From Candidatus Thorarchaeota archaeon (GTDB lineage: Archaea; Asgardarchaeota; Thorarchaeia; Thorarchaeales; Thorarchaeaceae): DNA of 64,000 nt. Location: assembly GCA_019057475.1 (NCBI GenBank), contig DXJO01000014.1, positions 1-64,000 on the forward strand, written 5' to 3'. The position numbers and the translations under genes are program-made. Below, piece by piece: positions 51,132 to 61,021 of this stretch (position 1 is the stretch's first letter; the number at the start of each line of letters is the position of its first letter). Below the pieces are notes generated by a model. The model ran no database searches. It was not told the DNA's origin and saw only the letters and a list, made by a program, of their open reading frames with translations.

Positions 51132-51542
51132 TAAATTTCTAGTCATTTCATGTACGATATTAATTTTCGTCAACCACATATTGATATGATCGATGAACCT
51201 ATACCTCCATCCTCTGCAATCCTTGCACACTGCTTCTTCCATAAACGATGGTGGAGTACGACTCCAAAGCACATGCATCGACGGTCCTCCATCGGAAATG
51301 GCACCAATCTCATCGCCTGGTCCCGATGAACTTTCATCCGAGCACGACCCCGGATTCTGGACCTGCTTCATGCGCACTACTATGTCGTGTGTGCGCTCGA
51401 CGAGCCACCTTGACTCGTGATTTAAAGCTTGCTGTGCATCGAGATGCAAATATGCACTCGCAGTTGCCAGAACAGCCCTACAACGTTCACGTTGCATAAG
51501 ACCGTCTCTACTCGACGACAGCACGATAATTCAGTTGCATTG

Positions 51543-51550
51543 GTAATAAA
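51543..51550 (-). promoter_or_regulatory. Putative TATA box for the 23S transcript
   Basis: TTTATTAC about 25 nt before the first leader hairpin. Confidence 0.5.
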
Positions 51551-51623
51551 CGTTACGTCTTGACTCAGTTAGAGGTCATCACAAGCAGGTGCTCTGCATC
51601 TGTGGAGTCAGGTCGAAACCTGA

Positions 51624-52331
51624 CTAGGAGCTACCAAGCGCTTCTTTTTGCTTCTCGATTAAATTTCTGATACCCTTCACTGCGATATCTGTCATCGCGT
51701 CAAGGCTCCCACGGTCAAATGTTGCGCCTTCAGCTGTGCCCTGCACCTCAACGAACTGATCATCGAGCATGACTATGTTCATGTCCACATCCGCACTCGA
51801 GTCTTCAGTGTAGCAGAGGTCAAGTAGGCATTCTCCTTGAACCATGCCCACGCTCACTGCGGCAACGTATCCATTCAGAGGAATCTTAGATATCATATTC
51901 ATATCTACCATGAATTGAAGAGCGTCCATTAGCGCTACGAAGGCGCCGGTTATTGATGCGGTTCTAGTCCCGCCGTCTGCCTGGATTACGTCACAGTCTA
52001 TCTTGATTGTGTGCTCACCCAGACGAGTGAGGTCCACAGCGGCGCGCAATGACCGACCGATTAATCGTTGAATCTCCTGATTGCGACCGCTTACTCTGTG
52101 ACGGTTTGTGCGGGTATCAGTTGCCCTAGGGAGCATCCCATATTCAGCTGTAACCCAGCCTTTCCCCTGATTGTTGAGCCAACCAGGTGTGCCTTCCTCA
52201 ACGGTTGCAGTGCAGATTACGCGAGTGTCCCCTGTTGAGATGAGAACAGATCCTTCAGGATGTTTCAGGAAGTTGCGCATAATCTCAACCGGCCGCAACT
52301 CGCTATTCGCTCTACCATCGGAACGCGGCAT
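51624..52331 (-). CDS. rph: Ribonuclease PH, bacterial type
   Basis: [53 protein letters not shown]. Confidence 0.93.
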   Translation of the reverse strand: MPRSDGRANSELRPVEIMRNFLKHPEGSVLISTGDTRVICTATVEEGTPGWLNNQGKGWVTAEYGMLPRATDTRTNRHRVSGRNQEIQRLIGRSLRAAVDLTRLGEHTIKIDCDVIQADGGTRTASITGAFVALMDALQFMVDMNMISKIPLNGYVAAVSVGMVQGECLLDLCYTEDSSADVDMNIVMLDDQFVEVQGTAEGATFDRGSLDAMTDIAVKGIRNLIEKQKEALGSS

Positions 52332-52470
52332 TCAGTCAGCTCCAGTTTCCAAGGCGCCAGCCCGGCTATTAATCTCTGTCGTGAAGCGGTCGTGCATAGA
52401 TTTATCCAGATTGCCGCATAATAGCCAATCTGGGCGTAGTCGCACGCAGCCGCCTAAGAGGTGCCACACA

Positions 52471-53496
52471 ATGATGAATCTTCGCCGTAGGTTTGATTCT
52501 GCACTCCATGACACTGTGAAGGAGTGGAAGAAGCAAAAGAATGTGAGAGGTATCTTTGTGTATGGATCCTACGCGAGAGGCACACATACCGCCAACTCAG
52601 ACTTAGATATCGGTGTGATATGGGATGGCGATGAGGCACCGGTGCAGCTGCTAACCAAGCACAAGGAAGTCCTTATTGATCTGATCTTCATGACCGTTAA
52701 GGAGATCGAGGATGTAGTAAAAGGCAGGGCTAAGGATGCTTACAGAATAGCTGAGATTGTTGGACGCCTAAGAGCTGCCAAAGTCCTACACGATAAGCGT
52801 GGCGCTCTCAAGGCTTGGCAGAAGAACTTCGCTGAGTACAGTTGGCCTGCCGATGTTGTAGATGGACTCCTAGCTCGTGCCATTGACGGTCTTGAGGATG
52901 CCAAGCGATACGATGCAGAAGGCAATAGTGTCTGTGCAGTACATGAACTGAGATCCGCCCTCTTTGACCTCGGAAGGACGATTTTGATGAAGAATAACAT
53001 GTTCTGCATCACCAGAGCATCTGAGGTTCTAACAGAAGTGCGAATGATAGACCCAATGATCTACAAGCTATTCCTGCGGATGTTCAAGCTAAGAGGATAT
53101 AATGAGAAACAGCTGCTAAGCATTTTGGACGAAATAAAGCACTGGCTAGAGGTGGCTGAGGCACGCTTCGAGCAGACCACTGTTGATGAGCTGACAACGG
53201 AATTTCTCACTCAAGCGCAGAGAGAGTATCATGGTGCTCTCAACTTGACAATCGGCGGGGACCATGAGTTGGCAGTCCTTGAGATGCAGGGGGCGACTTA
53301 CATGCTTGGAAGAGCGCTTCTTGCCACAGGAGGTATGCCAAGCATGTCACGTGGCTGTGCTCTTGTGACCCAACTCAGGGATAATGAGAGTGTCTACTTC
53401 AATCAAATTCTGGTCGAGTATGGTGAGCTTGATTTCCAGCCGGCACCGATAAGGCGAGGCATAGGTGAAGCGCTATTCATCGCTCGAAGACTTTGA
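52471..53496 (+). CDS. Minimal nucleotidyltransferase domain fused to helical HEPN-like domains
   Basis: YGSYARG....SDLDI followed by two helical bundles. Confidence 0.78.
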   Translation: MMNLRRRFDSALHDTVKEWKKQKNVRGIFVYGSYARGTHTANSDLDIGVIWDGDEAPVQLLTKHKEVLIDLIFMTVKEIEDVVKGRAKDAYRIAEIVGRLRAAKVLHDKRGALKAWQKNFAEYSWPADVVDGLLARAIDGLEDAKRYDAEGNSVCAVHELRSALFDLGRTILMKNNMFCITRASEVLTEVRMIDPMIYKLFLRMFKLRGYNEKQLLSILDEIKHWLEVAEARFEQTTVDELTTEFLTQAQREYHGALNLTIGGDHELAVLEMQGATYMLGRALLATGGMPSMSRGCALVTQLRDNESVYFNQILVEYGELDFQPAPIRRGIGEALFIARRL

Positions 53497-53551
53497 ACTG
53501 CGGAATGATTGATTAGGCATGTGTATGCTAAATCGAGCGACAGTGAACTCT

Positions 53552-54091
53552 ATGTCTAAGGTTGATGCTGATATTATTAGACTGTCAAGTGTACCACTAA
53601 CAAGAGAGAAGCAGAAGAAGCTCGAAGAAGAAGTACGAGCCTACTCTTCTGCAGTGAATTACGTGATAAAGGAGATTCTAAGTAGACAGATATCATCAGC
53701 CCCAAAGGGTGTCGAAGCGCTACGTGAAGAGTTTAAGGAGAGATACGACTCACGTCCACAGTACCTTGAGGACGTAGTTAAGACAGCAAGAGTTGTGATT
53801 GGGCAACACTTTCGCATGGAGAAGACTATTAGGAGCATGAGAGGCAAGACGCCATTCTTCAAGCTAGGTCGGATTATCTTATCAAAGCCAATAGTTGATG
53901 TTGGGGAGAAGGCATTGATACTGCAATCCTCTGAGAACGAGGATATTCCAATGCCATACGATAAGCATAGCAGGAATCGTGTTGCGTTAACCCTGCTGAG
54001 GATAGCCAAAGGCAACCGTCAATATGGAAGAGTCCGCATAATATACTTGAAAGAGGGTTATGTGGAAATTGACATTCGCGTCGAGCAATGA
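53552..54091 (+). CDS. Protein resembling the N-terminal WED/REC lobe of TnpB/Cas12f, no RuvC
   Basis: LT.EKQKKL....AY..AVN..I; QY...V..A; P.FK; final G.V.I..KEGY..I.I.VE strands. Confidence 0.55.
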   Translation: MSKVDADIIRLSSVPLTREKQKKLEEEVRAYSSAVNYVIKEILSRQISSAPKGVEALREEFKERYDSRPQYLEDVVKTARVVIGQHFRMEKTIRSMRGKTPFFKLGRIILSKPIVDVGEKALILQSSENEDIPMPYDKHSRNRVALTLLRIAKGNRQYGRVRIIYLKEGYVEIDIRVEQ

Positions 54092-54099
54092 GATTGTTA

Positions 54100-54981
54100 C
54101 TACGGAGTCCAGGCGACTAGGGACCCGGAGATATGTGTGGAGTATACCGTGTCCTTTTTGCCCCAGCCGACTGAGGATACCCCTGTCCAAGACTTCTCCA
54201 TGAGCTCTTGAGTTCCGTGCTCTAGAGAGAATACTCTGATTGTGCGATCCCAACTGCCAGACAAGAGACGCGTCCCCGTTGCATCTACTGACAAGGAGGT
54301 CACAATGTCAGTGTGGCCCATTATCTCTGTAGTATCGCGCGGGTCATCAAGATTCACAGAGAGGATTTTGCCACCATGGAGCCCAAGGAATACACGCGAG
54401 TCATCTGGCGCCAGCGTCATTGATCTGATGCGCTCCTTCTGCCGGGCAAGCGTTCTAATGGGGTTATAGCTGCCAAGATCCCACAACCGAGCGCTCCCAT
54501 CCCATGACGCGGTTACCAGTTTGGAGCCGTCGCTTGTGAATGCCAGTCCAGAAATATCAAGCCTATGCGCTTGAAGGTTGCGAATGCACTTCAGAGAGCC
54601 TATCGAGAAGACCTTCACCTCGCCGTCACGCGCACCGGCAGCTCCCTTTGATGACTCGGAATCAACAGCAAGCGCTTTGACCTCTGATTCGTGTCTGAGA
54701 ATTCGATTCTTCTGGTCCCCATTTGCCCCGTTCCAAATCCGGGTCGTGCAATCCCAGCTTGAAGAGACTAATCGCTTGCCGTTCTCCACGAAAGCAGCAG
54801 CTGAAACCATGTATTCATGACCCTTGATAGCTCGAAGCGGCTTGCCGGTTTTTGCATTCACGAGAATGACTTGTGCATCTTTCGTGCCACATGCAACACG
54901 CTTGACTTGCGGGTCCACAGAGAGACAGGTCAGTGGAGAAGGTTGTGAACAAGACGGTTTGTAGAGTATTTTCTTCTCCAA
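54100..54981 (-). CDS. WD40 repeat protein
   Basis: GH...SSWD.T.RIW repeats. Confidence 0.92.
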   Translation of the reverse strand: MEKKILYKPSCSQPSPLTCLSVDPQVKRVACGTKDAQVILVNAKTGKPLRAIKGHEYMVSAAAFVENGKRLVSSSWDCTTRIWNGANGDQKNRILRHESEVKALAVDSESSKGAAGARDGEVKVFSIGSLKCIRNLQAHRLDISGLAFTSDGSKLVTASWDGSARLWDLGSYNPIRTLARQKERIRSMTLAPDDSRVFLGLHGGKILSVNLDDPRDTTEIMGHTDIVTSLSVDATGTRLLSGSWDRTIRVFSLEHGTQELMEKSWTGVSSVGWGKKDTVYSTHISGSLVAWTP

Positions 54982-55072
54982 ATCACTTCACCGGAAAGCT
55001 CTCTCAAAGATTAATCACTCATTTGCGGTTTAAAAGTGTGTACCACAAATTATGCAATATTGTGGTTCCGAG

Positions 55073-56083
55073 TCACCTGCGTTTAAGGTACAGGTAGACC
55101 AGCCCTATGACAACAACTGGGACGACGAGCAGGCTGAGATAGAATAAAGAATCATCGTTTGGCGGGAGGGTGAGATTGTCATTGGCGTAGTCGATCAGGA
55201 ACGTTTCAACCACTTCTCCAACAGTCTGAAGGCTCTCTGCGCTGCACTTGTCAGGTGTATCTTCGAGGGTATGCCAGTACCAAGGAAATCCGTTGTGTTG
55301 AATTATGTCGACAGACGGTATTCCGGCATCGAGAAATGGACGATGATCATCCAGAATTGACCGGCCCGATACATCGAGAAATGTGTCATTGTGACCCATC
55401 TCATCAGCTATTGACCATATCAAATCCTGTAGAGACCTAGTTGAGCTGGTTTCCCGTTCTAGGCGCAGTTCTGAATCCCCGACCATATCGACGAGAATCA
55501 TGGCATCAATCTCGGACACCCTAGTTGGACTGAGCTGGTTGACGTAGTGAGTAGACCCCACAATCCAGTTCCAGCCATTGATCAATCCTGAGTCCTCAGC
55601 GTCGAACAGCACAATCTCCACCGATTCTCGGACGTCCACAGGCAAGCCACTCGCCAGCTCAAGCAATACTGCAACGCCGCTTGCGCCATCATTCGCTCCT
55701 ATGATTGGAGTCATTGTGTTGGCTGGTTCAGGGTCTTGATCAGCTCTGGGCCTTGTGTCATAATGAGCACCGAGAATGTACGATGGTTGTTCCGCGTCTG
55801 GCCAAGTTGCAATGATGTTGGAGCACTCCACTTCGAGATAGGTGAATTCTTGAAATGTTACATTCCAACCGAAAGATTCCAGGGTGGAAGCGATGTAAGT
55901 CTTACACTGAGTGAGATTGTCGGAACCAGGGGGTCTTGGTCCAAAGTCACATTGCTGGACTAAGTAATCCATAGCGTTCTCGCCATCAAACGCTAGCATG
56001 TGGTTTGATTGTGTCGTCTGGGGTGTCGCTATGATGGCTGCCATTAGCAACAGAAGGACTAAGATCACTCGCACTTGGTTCAC
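55073..56083 (-). CDS. Secreted M28 peptidase/glutaminyl cyclase-like protein
   Basis: AHYDT, GANDGASG, DAED, DMVG, DDH, WHT; TM at both ends. Confidence 0.9.
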   Translation of the reverse strand: MNQVRVILVLLLLMAAIIATPQTTQSNHMLAFDGENAMDYLVQQCDFGPRPPGSDNLTQCKTYIASTLESFGWNVTFQEFTYLEVECSNIIATWPDAEQPSYILGAHYDTRPRADQDPEPANTMTPIIGANDGASGVAVLLELASGLPVDVRESVEIVLFDAEDSGLINGWNWIVGSTHYVNQLSPTRVSEIDAMILVDMVGDSELRLERETSSTRSLQDLIWSIADEMGHNDTFLDVSGRSILDDHRPFLDAGIPSVDIIQHNGFPWYWHTLEDTPDKCSAESLQTVGEVVETFLIDYANDNLTLPPNDDSLFYLSLLVVPVVVIGLVYLYLKRR

Positions 56084-56099
56084 AACCGTACCAGTGTGC

Positions 56100-56873
56100 T
56101 CAGGCTCCAGTAATCCTATCTATTGCCTTGACTGTTGCCAAGGTTTCTTTCTCAATGGCTTCTATCATCAGTGGTGATTGTTCTCCGCTCTTCTCTGACG
56201 AGTCCTTCTGCTCAGCCTTCTGGCCTCCATGTAAGTTGCCGTCGACTGCCAGTATTGATGCTGCGTTGAGCCCTCGAGTCTGGGCAAAGACGAAGAGCAG
56301 GGAACTCTCCATCTCAACGCATTTCACCTTAGCCCTCGTCCAAATGTCCAGTTTGTTGCTTCCCTCATCGGCATAGTAGACATCAGTCGTCCAACAGACT
56401 CCACGATGTACTCTATCGGGAGGTAAGAGAAGTGATATCTCGTCGAACAGAGCATTCTGCCAGACAGGAGTGGCGACTGCAGGGTATTCCACTGGCGCAT
56501 AGTTGAGGCTTGTGCGCTCATCACGTATGCAACCCGTCGGAACAACCACATCCCCAATCGTGACCGGGTAGTCAATACCGCCACATGAGCCAATTCTGAT
56601 GAACGACTCAACCCCCAGATTTGCAAGCTCTTCGATGCAGATGGCAGTAGTCGGTGTCCCCATCCCAGTACCAGCAATCGTCACTGGTACGCCGCCGGGT
56701 GTGTAAGCGCGGTAGGTCACGAGCCCCCGATATCGCGCGACTTCTTCGCCGTCCTTCATCTTTGATGCAATTAATGGAACTCGGTCTGGATTTCCAGTGA
56801 TTATTGCTACCTTCTCAACATCGCCTTCGCCTACTCTCAAGTGTGGCTGAATTCTCTTCTTCAAGATGCTCAC
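56100..56873 (-). CDS. Nucleoside (uridine-type) phosphorylase
   Basis: GNPDR, GMG, RIGSCG, EMES. Confidence 0.88.
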   Translation of the reverse strand: MSILKKRIQPHLRVGEGDVEKVAIITGNPDRVPLIASKMKDGEEVARYRGLVTYRAYTPGGVPVTIAGTGMGTPTTAICIEELANLGVESFIRIGSCGGIDYPVTIGDVVVPTGCIRDERTSLNYAPVEYPAVATPVWQNALFDEISLLLPPDRVHRGVCWTTDVYYADEGSNKLDIWTRAKVKCVEMESSLLFVFAQTRGLNAASILAVDGNLHGGQKAEQKDSSEKSGEQSPLMIEAIEKETLATVKAIDRITGA

Positions 56874-56993
56874 CTATCTGCACTCACTGTAAAACCTGCT
56901 TTTCACTCTTGGGCTTTGTGAATACAGAGGTCAGCAGCCCAATCGACATTTTATTGAACCTAGTTCGTCAATGCGAAGAGCGTCACGCAGTCT

Positions 56994-57398
56994 ATGCGCG
57001 GCAAAACTACAGTCAAGGATGCGATTGCGATTACTGACTTCACATACTACTGCTATCGATGCGGCGGGAAGAACTCGCTCGATGTTGAGATCCCGAAAGC
57101 TCCCGATTACCACCATCAAGAGATTACGTGCAGTTCCTGCGGTGATAGCACCCGTGTTCTCCTGGCTGGTTGCCCGGATTGCGAGAAATATGTATACTGG
57201 ATCAATGACCTGAACATCCTCGGCCTTGTCAACGGCTTTGCAAAGTATATGGTTCATAACATGCAAGCCATGATTGATAGAGCGGCCCAACAGGGAGCTA
57301 GAATCTCTATTGATACGCCAGAGAAGTATCCAGTCAATGCTACATGCCTGTGTGGAGCTAGATTTGCGGTTGAACTGGTAATACCGGATTTGGACTAA
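56994..57398 (+). CDS. Multi-zinc-ribbon protein
   Basis: CYRC, CSSC, CPDC, CLC. Confidence 0.75.
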   Translation: MRGKTTVKDAIAITDFTYYCYRCGGKNSLDVEIPKAPDYHHQEITCSSCGDSTRVLLAGCPDCEKYVYWINDLNILGLVNGFAKYMVHNMQAMIDRAAQQGARISIDTPEKYPVNATCLCGARFAVELVIPDLD

Positions 57399-57399
57399 C

Positions 57400-58674
57400 T
57401 TAGCAATAGTAGTATGCAATGAAACTGTCTCTCTTTGGGAATAGCGTTTCGACAAGCGATTTTATTTCTCTACTCACAATGAAGTCGATATTCTGAGTTC
57501 TAAGTTCTTCAGCGTCATAGTCGCCAAGAACCAACCTGACGAGATCGTTAGGCGGCGCCCTGAAGGTGTGGTACTCACCCACTTCCTGCATCCCAATGTC
57601 GTTGACAGTAGCAAGCTTGCCATTGACAAAGGACAATAGGTAACAGTGTTCGTACGTGTTAATCGCTAGCTCGCGTGTCATACCCTCAAACATTGTTCCG
57701 TTAAGGCGACTCTCAAGAGCAGGACGAATCTGGCTAAGGAATCGAGCCATATTGGGAATGCGGATTTGGTATTTCCATCCAATGTCAACATGGCCTCCAA
57801 GGTCTTGAGCCACGCGACACAGGTTGTTAATTGCGGGACCCACAAAATCGATCCTACATATATTCTCCTCAGCTGCACGTCCCCTAAGGTATTGAAGCGT
57901 CCGTAACACATCGTCGAATGTGGTGATGCTGTTTTCCATAACTGAAAGCCATAGACCTTGGGGATCTTGCTTCTTCGCTCCGCTGACACAGAGCCGGAAG
58001 TAGCCTACGATTCTGCCCTCACGCTCAAGGACTATAGTCTTGAATTCTTGCTCAAACTCCCTGTGAAACCGCTCTTGAAGCTCCCAGAGGTTCTTAGTGC
58101 GTGCTGCGTGTACCAGCATCTTCTTGCTGTGCTCAGCGTACAGACGTATTAGGCTGGGAATATCGTCGTGGTGCGCTTCTCGGAAGACTATCGATTTGTC
58201 TGCTTCGTCCTTGGGAGCGGAAATTTGGTCACTCCTCAACTGCACCTTTCGACCCATCGGAAGTATGAAGTCGTATCCGAACTGCCTGTAATAATGGGGG
58301 ATTCCGATTATGGTGGATATGTGATACTCGCCACGCTGTAGTATCTCTTCGAAATGTGTGTAGAGAGCACTCGCAAGGCCCTTGTGTCGATATTCCTTCA
58401 ATGTACCAACCCAGCCAAGCTCAAGGTTGGTGAGTGGAATATTCTCATACATCCATACACATGGAATGGCACTCGCTGCTGAAACAATTATGTCATTGCC
58501 GAGATCACGGATGTAGAAGTTCGACTCTCTATCAAGCTCCGGCAGATTGTCAATCTGACGTCTAATCTCCTCGGGATCATCATCCCCATGTACAACCGCA
58601 TTGAACTTGATTAGCTCCTCTAGATCAGCATCGCTCTTGATAACACCAAGCTCAAATCCATCAGGTAGTTCCAT
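57400..58674 (-). CDS. Eis-like double GNAT acetyltransferase
   Basis: VGT..EYRHKGLA, GIPHYYRQFGY. Confidence 0.85.
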   Translation of the reverse strand: MELPDGFELGVIKSDADLEELIKFNAVVHGDDDPEEIRRQIDNLPELDRESNFYIRDLGNDIIVSAASAIPCVWMYENIPLTNLELGWVGTLKEYRHKGLASALYTHFEEILQRGEYHISTIIGIPHYYRQFGYDFILPMGRKVQLRSDQISAPKDEADKSIVFREAHHDDIPSLIRLYAEHSKKMLVHAARTKNLWELQERFHREFEQEFKTIVLEREGRIVGYFRLCVSGAKKQDPQGLWLSVMENSITTFDDVLRTLQYLRGRAAEENICRIDFVGPAINNLCRVAQDLGGHVDIGWKYQIRIPNMARFLSQIRPALESRLNGTMFEGMTRELAINTYEHCYLLSFVNGKLATVNDIGMQEVGEYHTFRAPPNDLVRLVLGDYDAEELRTQNIDFIVSREIKSLVETLFPKRDSFIAYYYC

Positions 58675-59344
58675 CTTCTTTCACATTCCTCCCGTAATAT
58701 TCACAGAGATTGCTCAGTGGGCATTGACCACATCTAGGAGACCTTCTTAGACATGTCGTTGCCACGAGATCGATTATCCCCCAGTAAAGCCTCTTATCTT
58801 GTTTCTTGCCCCCGAAGCGTTCCATGAACTCCCAAGCCCGGGAGTCTGTAGCTCCTTTGAAGTTGCTTCCGAAGACTCTGTTGATCAGATGAACCACATT
58901 CCCGTCCACCATTGGCTCTGGTTGTCCAAACGCAAAGCTGAGTACTGCAGCACCAACATATCGCCCAACCCCAGGCAATGATTCGAGTTCAGGCATGGAA
59001 TCGGGAACAGAACCAGCGCTCTTCTTTGCCAGATACTTAGCTGTTTCATGGATATGCTTTGCTCGAATCGACTGCAGACCGAGTGTGTTCAAATGACGCC
59101 TAATCGTGCTCTCTCGAGCCTTGCTCAGCTTCGTAGGATTATCGAATTGCTTTATGAACTTGGGATAAACTCGCAAGACTGCAGAGGCAGTTGTTCGCCT
59201 CAGCAACATTTCTGCAATGAGAACACGATAAGGGTCCGTGGTTTCACGCCAAGGAAAGCTCCGACCCTCCTTGTCAAACCACTCTATCAGCGCGTTCCGA
59301 ACCAATGTGATATTCCCTGCGTCAGACAGGAAGCTGTGTTTCAT
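58661..59344 (-). CDS. HhH-GPD DNA glycosylase (MutY/Mig-like) with 4Fe-4S motif
   Basis: FPWR, LPGVGRY, VDGNV, C..RSPRC..CPL...C. Confidence 0.9.
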   Translation of the reverse strand: MKHSFLSDAGNITLVRNALIEWFDKEGRSFPWRETTDPYRVLIAEMLLRRTTASAVLRVYPKFIKQFDNPTKLSKARESTIRRHLNTLGLQSIRAKHIHETAKYLAKKSAGSVPDSMPELESLPGVGRYVGAAVLSFAFGQPEPMVDGNVVHLINRVFGSNFKGATDSRAWEFMERFGGKKQDKRLYWGIIDLVATTCLRRSPRCGQCPLSNLCEYYGRNVKEDGTT

Positions 59345-59353
59345 GACACATCC

Positions 59354-59914
59354 TCATTCTAATTTGACCAGCTCCGAAACTCCTGCTGCGATGTCTGTGG
59401 GTGAGCCCAACAGTGTTACTCCCTTCATCTCTCGGAGCCGCGCAACATTCTCAAGATCGATTCTTCTGGTCGTTATGACGAACACCTCATTATTGGGTCC
59501 CATTGTCTTCACCTCGCCTTGGTGCTGGTCCACAGGCATCAATAGCACAGGTGTAGTTCCCTTGAGGGTCTGAGCTACTGCATTGGTAATGAGTGTGTCA
59601 GCAATTCCATGGGCAATCTTGGCTGTGGAGTTAGCAGTGAGCGGTGCGACAACCAGAAGATCATACTTGCCAATCTGAAGCGGTCCAACTATGAATGGCA
59701 CGTTTGCGTTTGTTTCCACGAGAACATTATCGAAAGATTCGTTTAGCCTGTCCCAGAGCTTGTACAGGCGTAGTACTTGCTCTCCTGCTTTCGATACGAT
59801 GACCTTGATTCGAATGTCTGTCTTCTGGTGAAGATTAAGCATCGCATCATACACTTCGTCAATCTTGTCACCAGAACCGGTGATTCCCCAGACAATCTTC
59901 GCCAAGTCAATCAA
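59354..59914 (-). CDS. Archaeal flavoprotein (AfpA-like, HFCD family)
   Basis: WGITGSG, APLTANSTAKIAHGIADTL. Confidence 0.85.
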   Translation of the reverse strand: MIDLAKIVWGITGSGDKIDEVYDAMLNLHQKTDIRIKVIVSKAGEQVLRLYKLWDRLNESFDNVLVETNANVPFIVGPLQIGKYDLLVVAPLTANSTAKIAHGIADTLITNAVAQTLKGTTPVLLMPVDQHQGEVKTMGPNNEVFVITTRRIDLENVARLREMKGVTLLGSPTDIAAGVSELVKLE

Positions 59915-60028
59915 CTGAATCTACAGTCAATGGCACAAATATGTAGCTCTACGGCTAGGACACCAGAGGGAAGGATTGATTTCCTGCAGAATCATTCGGT
60001 CGGATGCATCTGCTTTGGTGAGATATCT

Positions 60029-61021
60029 ATGTACAGGGCGAGTGTAGGCCTGACGACCAACATGAAGGCGTCTGCCACTGGTTGGGTTGCGAGAAATGCC
60101 GGGGAACTGGGAGTCGATGGTATATGGATTGGAGAGGATATAGGCCTTGGCCAGGAGCCCTTCGTTCTTGCAGCTGCCACTCTGCTTCAGTCAAAGGGAA
60201 TTAGAGTGGGCACGGGAATTATCCCCATTGCTGTTCATAACATCGCAACGCTTGCCAGAGCTGCAGTCACCTTACAGGAGATTGGAGAGGGGAGATTCAT
60301 TTTTGGTGCGGGCATAGGAGGGATACAAGACCTTCAGCGAATGAATGTCAAGATTAGAAGACCTGTAACGGCACTCAGGGAAGGGGTTGACGTACTGAGG
60401 AGATTATGGCAAGCCGAAAGCGTTACCCGGAACACAGAGGTTCTCCAGCTTCAGGACTACAGCCTTCGTCTGAAGAAGCCAATTGAGATACCTGTTTTCT
60501 TGGGAGTGCGCGGACCACAGATGCTCAAGCTGGCTGGCAGGATTGCTAATGGAGTGATACTGTCTGGACCCTTTGATTATCTCAGGTATGCTATCGAGGT
60601 CATAGACAATGCATCATCTGGAGCGGGCAGGAAACGAGATGACGTTGAGAAGGTTGTCTGGCTCCCCACAATTCCGACGTTCAAGGGTATGAAAGAGAAA
60701 CTCGCAAAGAAAGTGGTGGCCATAGTAGTTGCGGATATGCCACCGCCTATCCTTGATATGCTGCAACTGAATAGAGAGAAACTGGAGAGAATCCAAGCAG
60801 AAGTTGCGGCAAACGGCCCTAAGGCAGCCATACCCCTAATCGACCAAGAGATAATAGACATGTTTGCCATCAGCGGAAACAAGGAACACATGGTGGACCT
60901 CTTTGATCAACTAGGTGGAATGGGAGCCACCGAGGTTGTACTAGGACCGCCCTTCTCTGGTGAATGGAGAGAAGCCATGTCAGAGATCTTTGAGGAGATA
61001 GCGTTGAGGAGGGGTGCGTGA
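60029..61021 (+). CDS. LLM-class F420-dependent oxidoreductase (Mer-like)
   Basis: WIGED, RVGTGI, GRF..G.G.G, GPQMLKLAG. Confidence 0.85.
   Translation: MYRASVGLTTNMKASATGWVARNAGELGVDGIWIGEDIGLGQEPFVLAAATLLQSKGIRVGTGIIPIAVHNIATLARAAVTLQEIGEGRFIFGAGIGGIQDLQRMNVKIRRPVTALREGVDVLRRLWQAESVTRNTEVLQLQDYSLRLKKPIEIPVFLGVRGPQMLKLAGRIANGVILSGPFDYLRYAIEVIDNASSGAGRKRDDVEKVVWLPTIPTFKGMKEKLAKKVVAIVVADMPPPILDMLQLNREKLERIQAEVAANGPKAAIPLIDQEIIDMFAISGNKEHMVDLFDQLGGMGATEVVLGPPFSGEWREAMSEIFEEIALRRGA

Noticed and set aside
51140-51520. tRNA, 5S, SRP or RNase P RNA in the leader
   Set aside because: No cloverleaf/T-loop, SRP helix 8 or RNase P P4 motif recognised by eye.
51072-51524. 150-aa ORF upstream of 23S
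   Set aside because: Overlaps the BHB arm and leader hairpins; composition is not protein-like.
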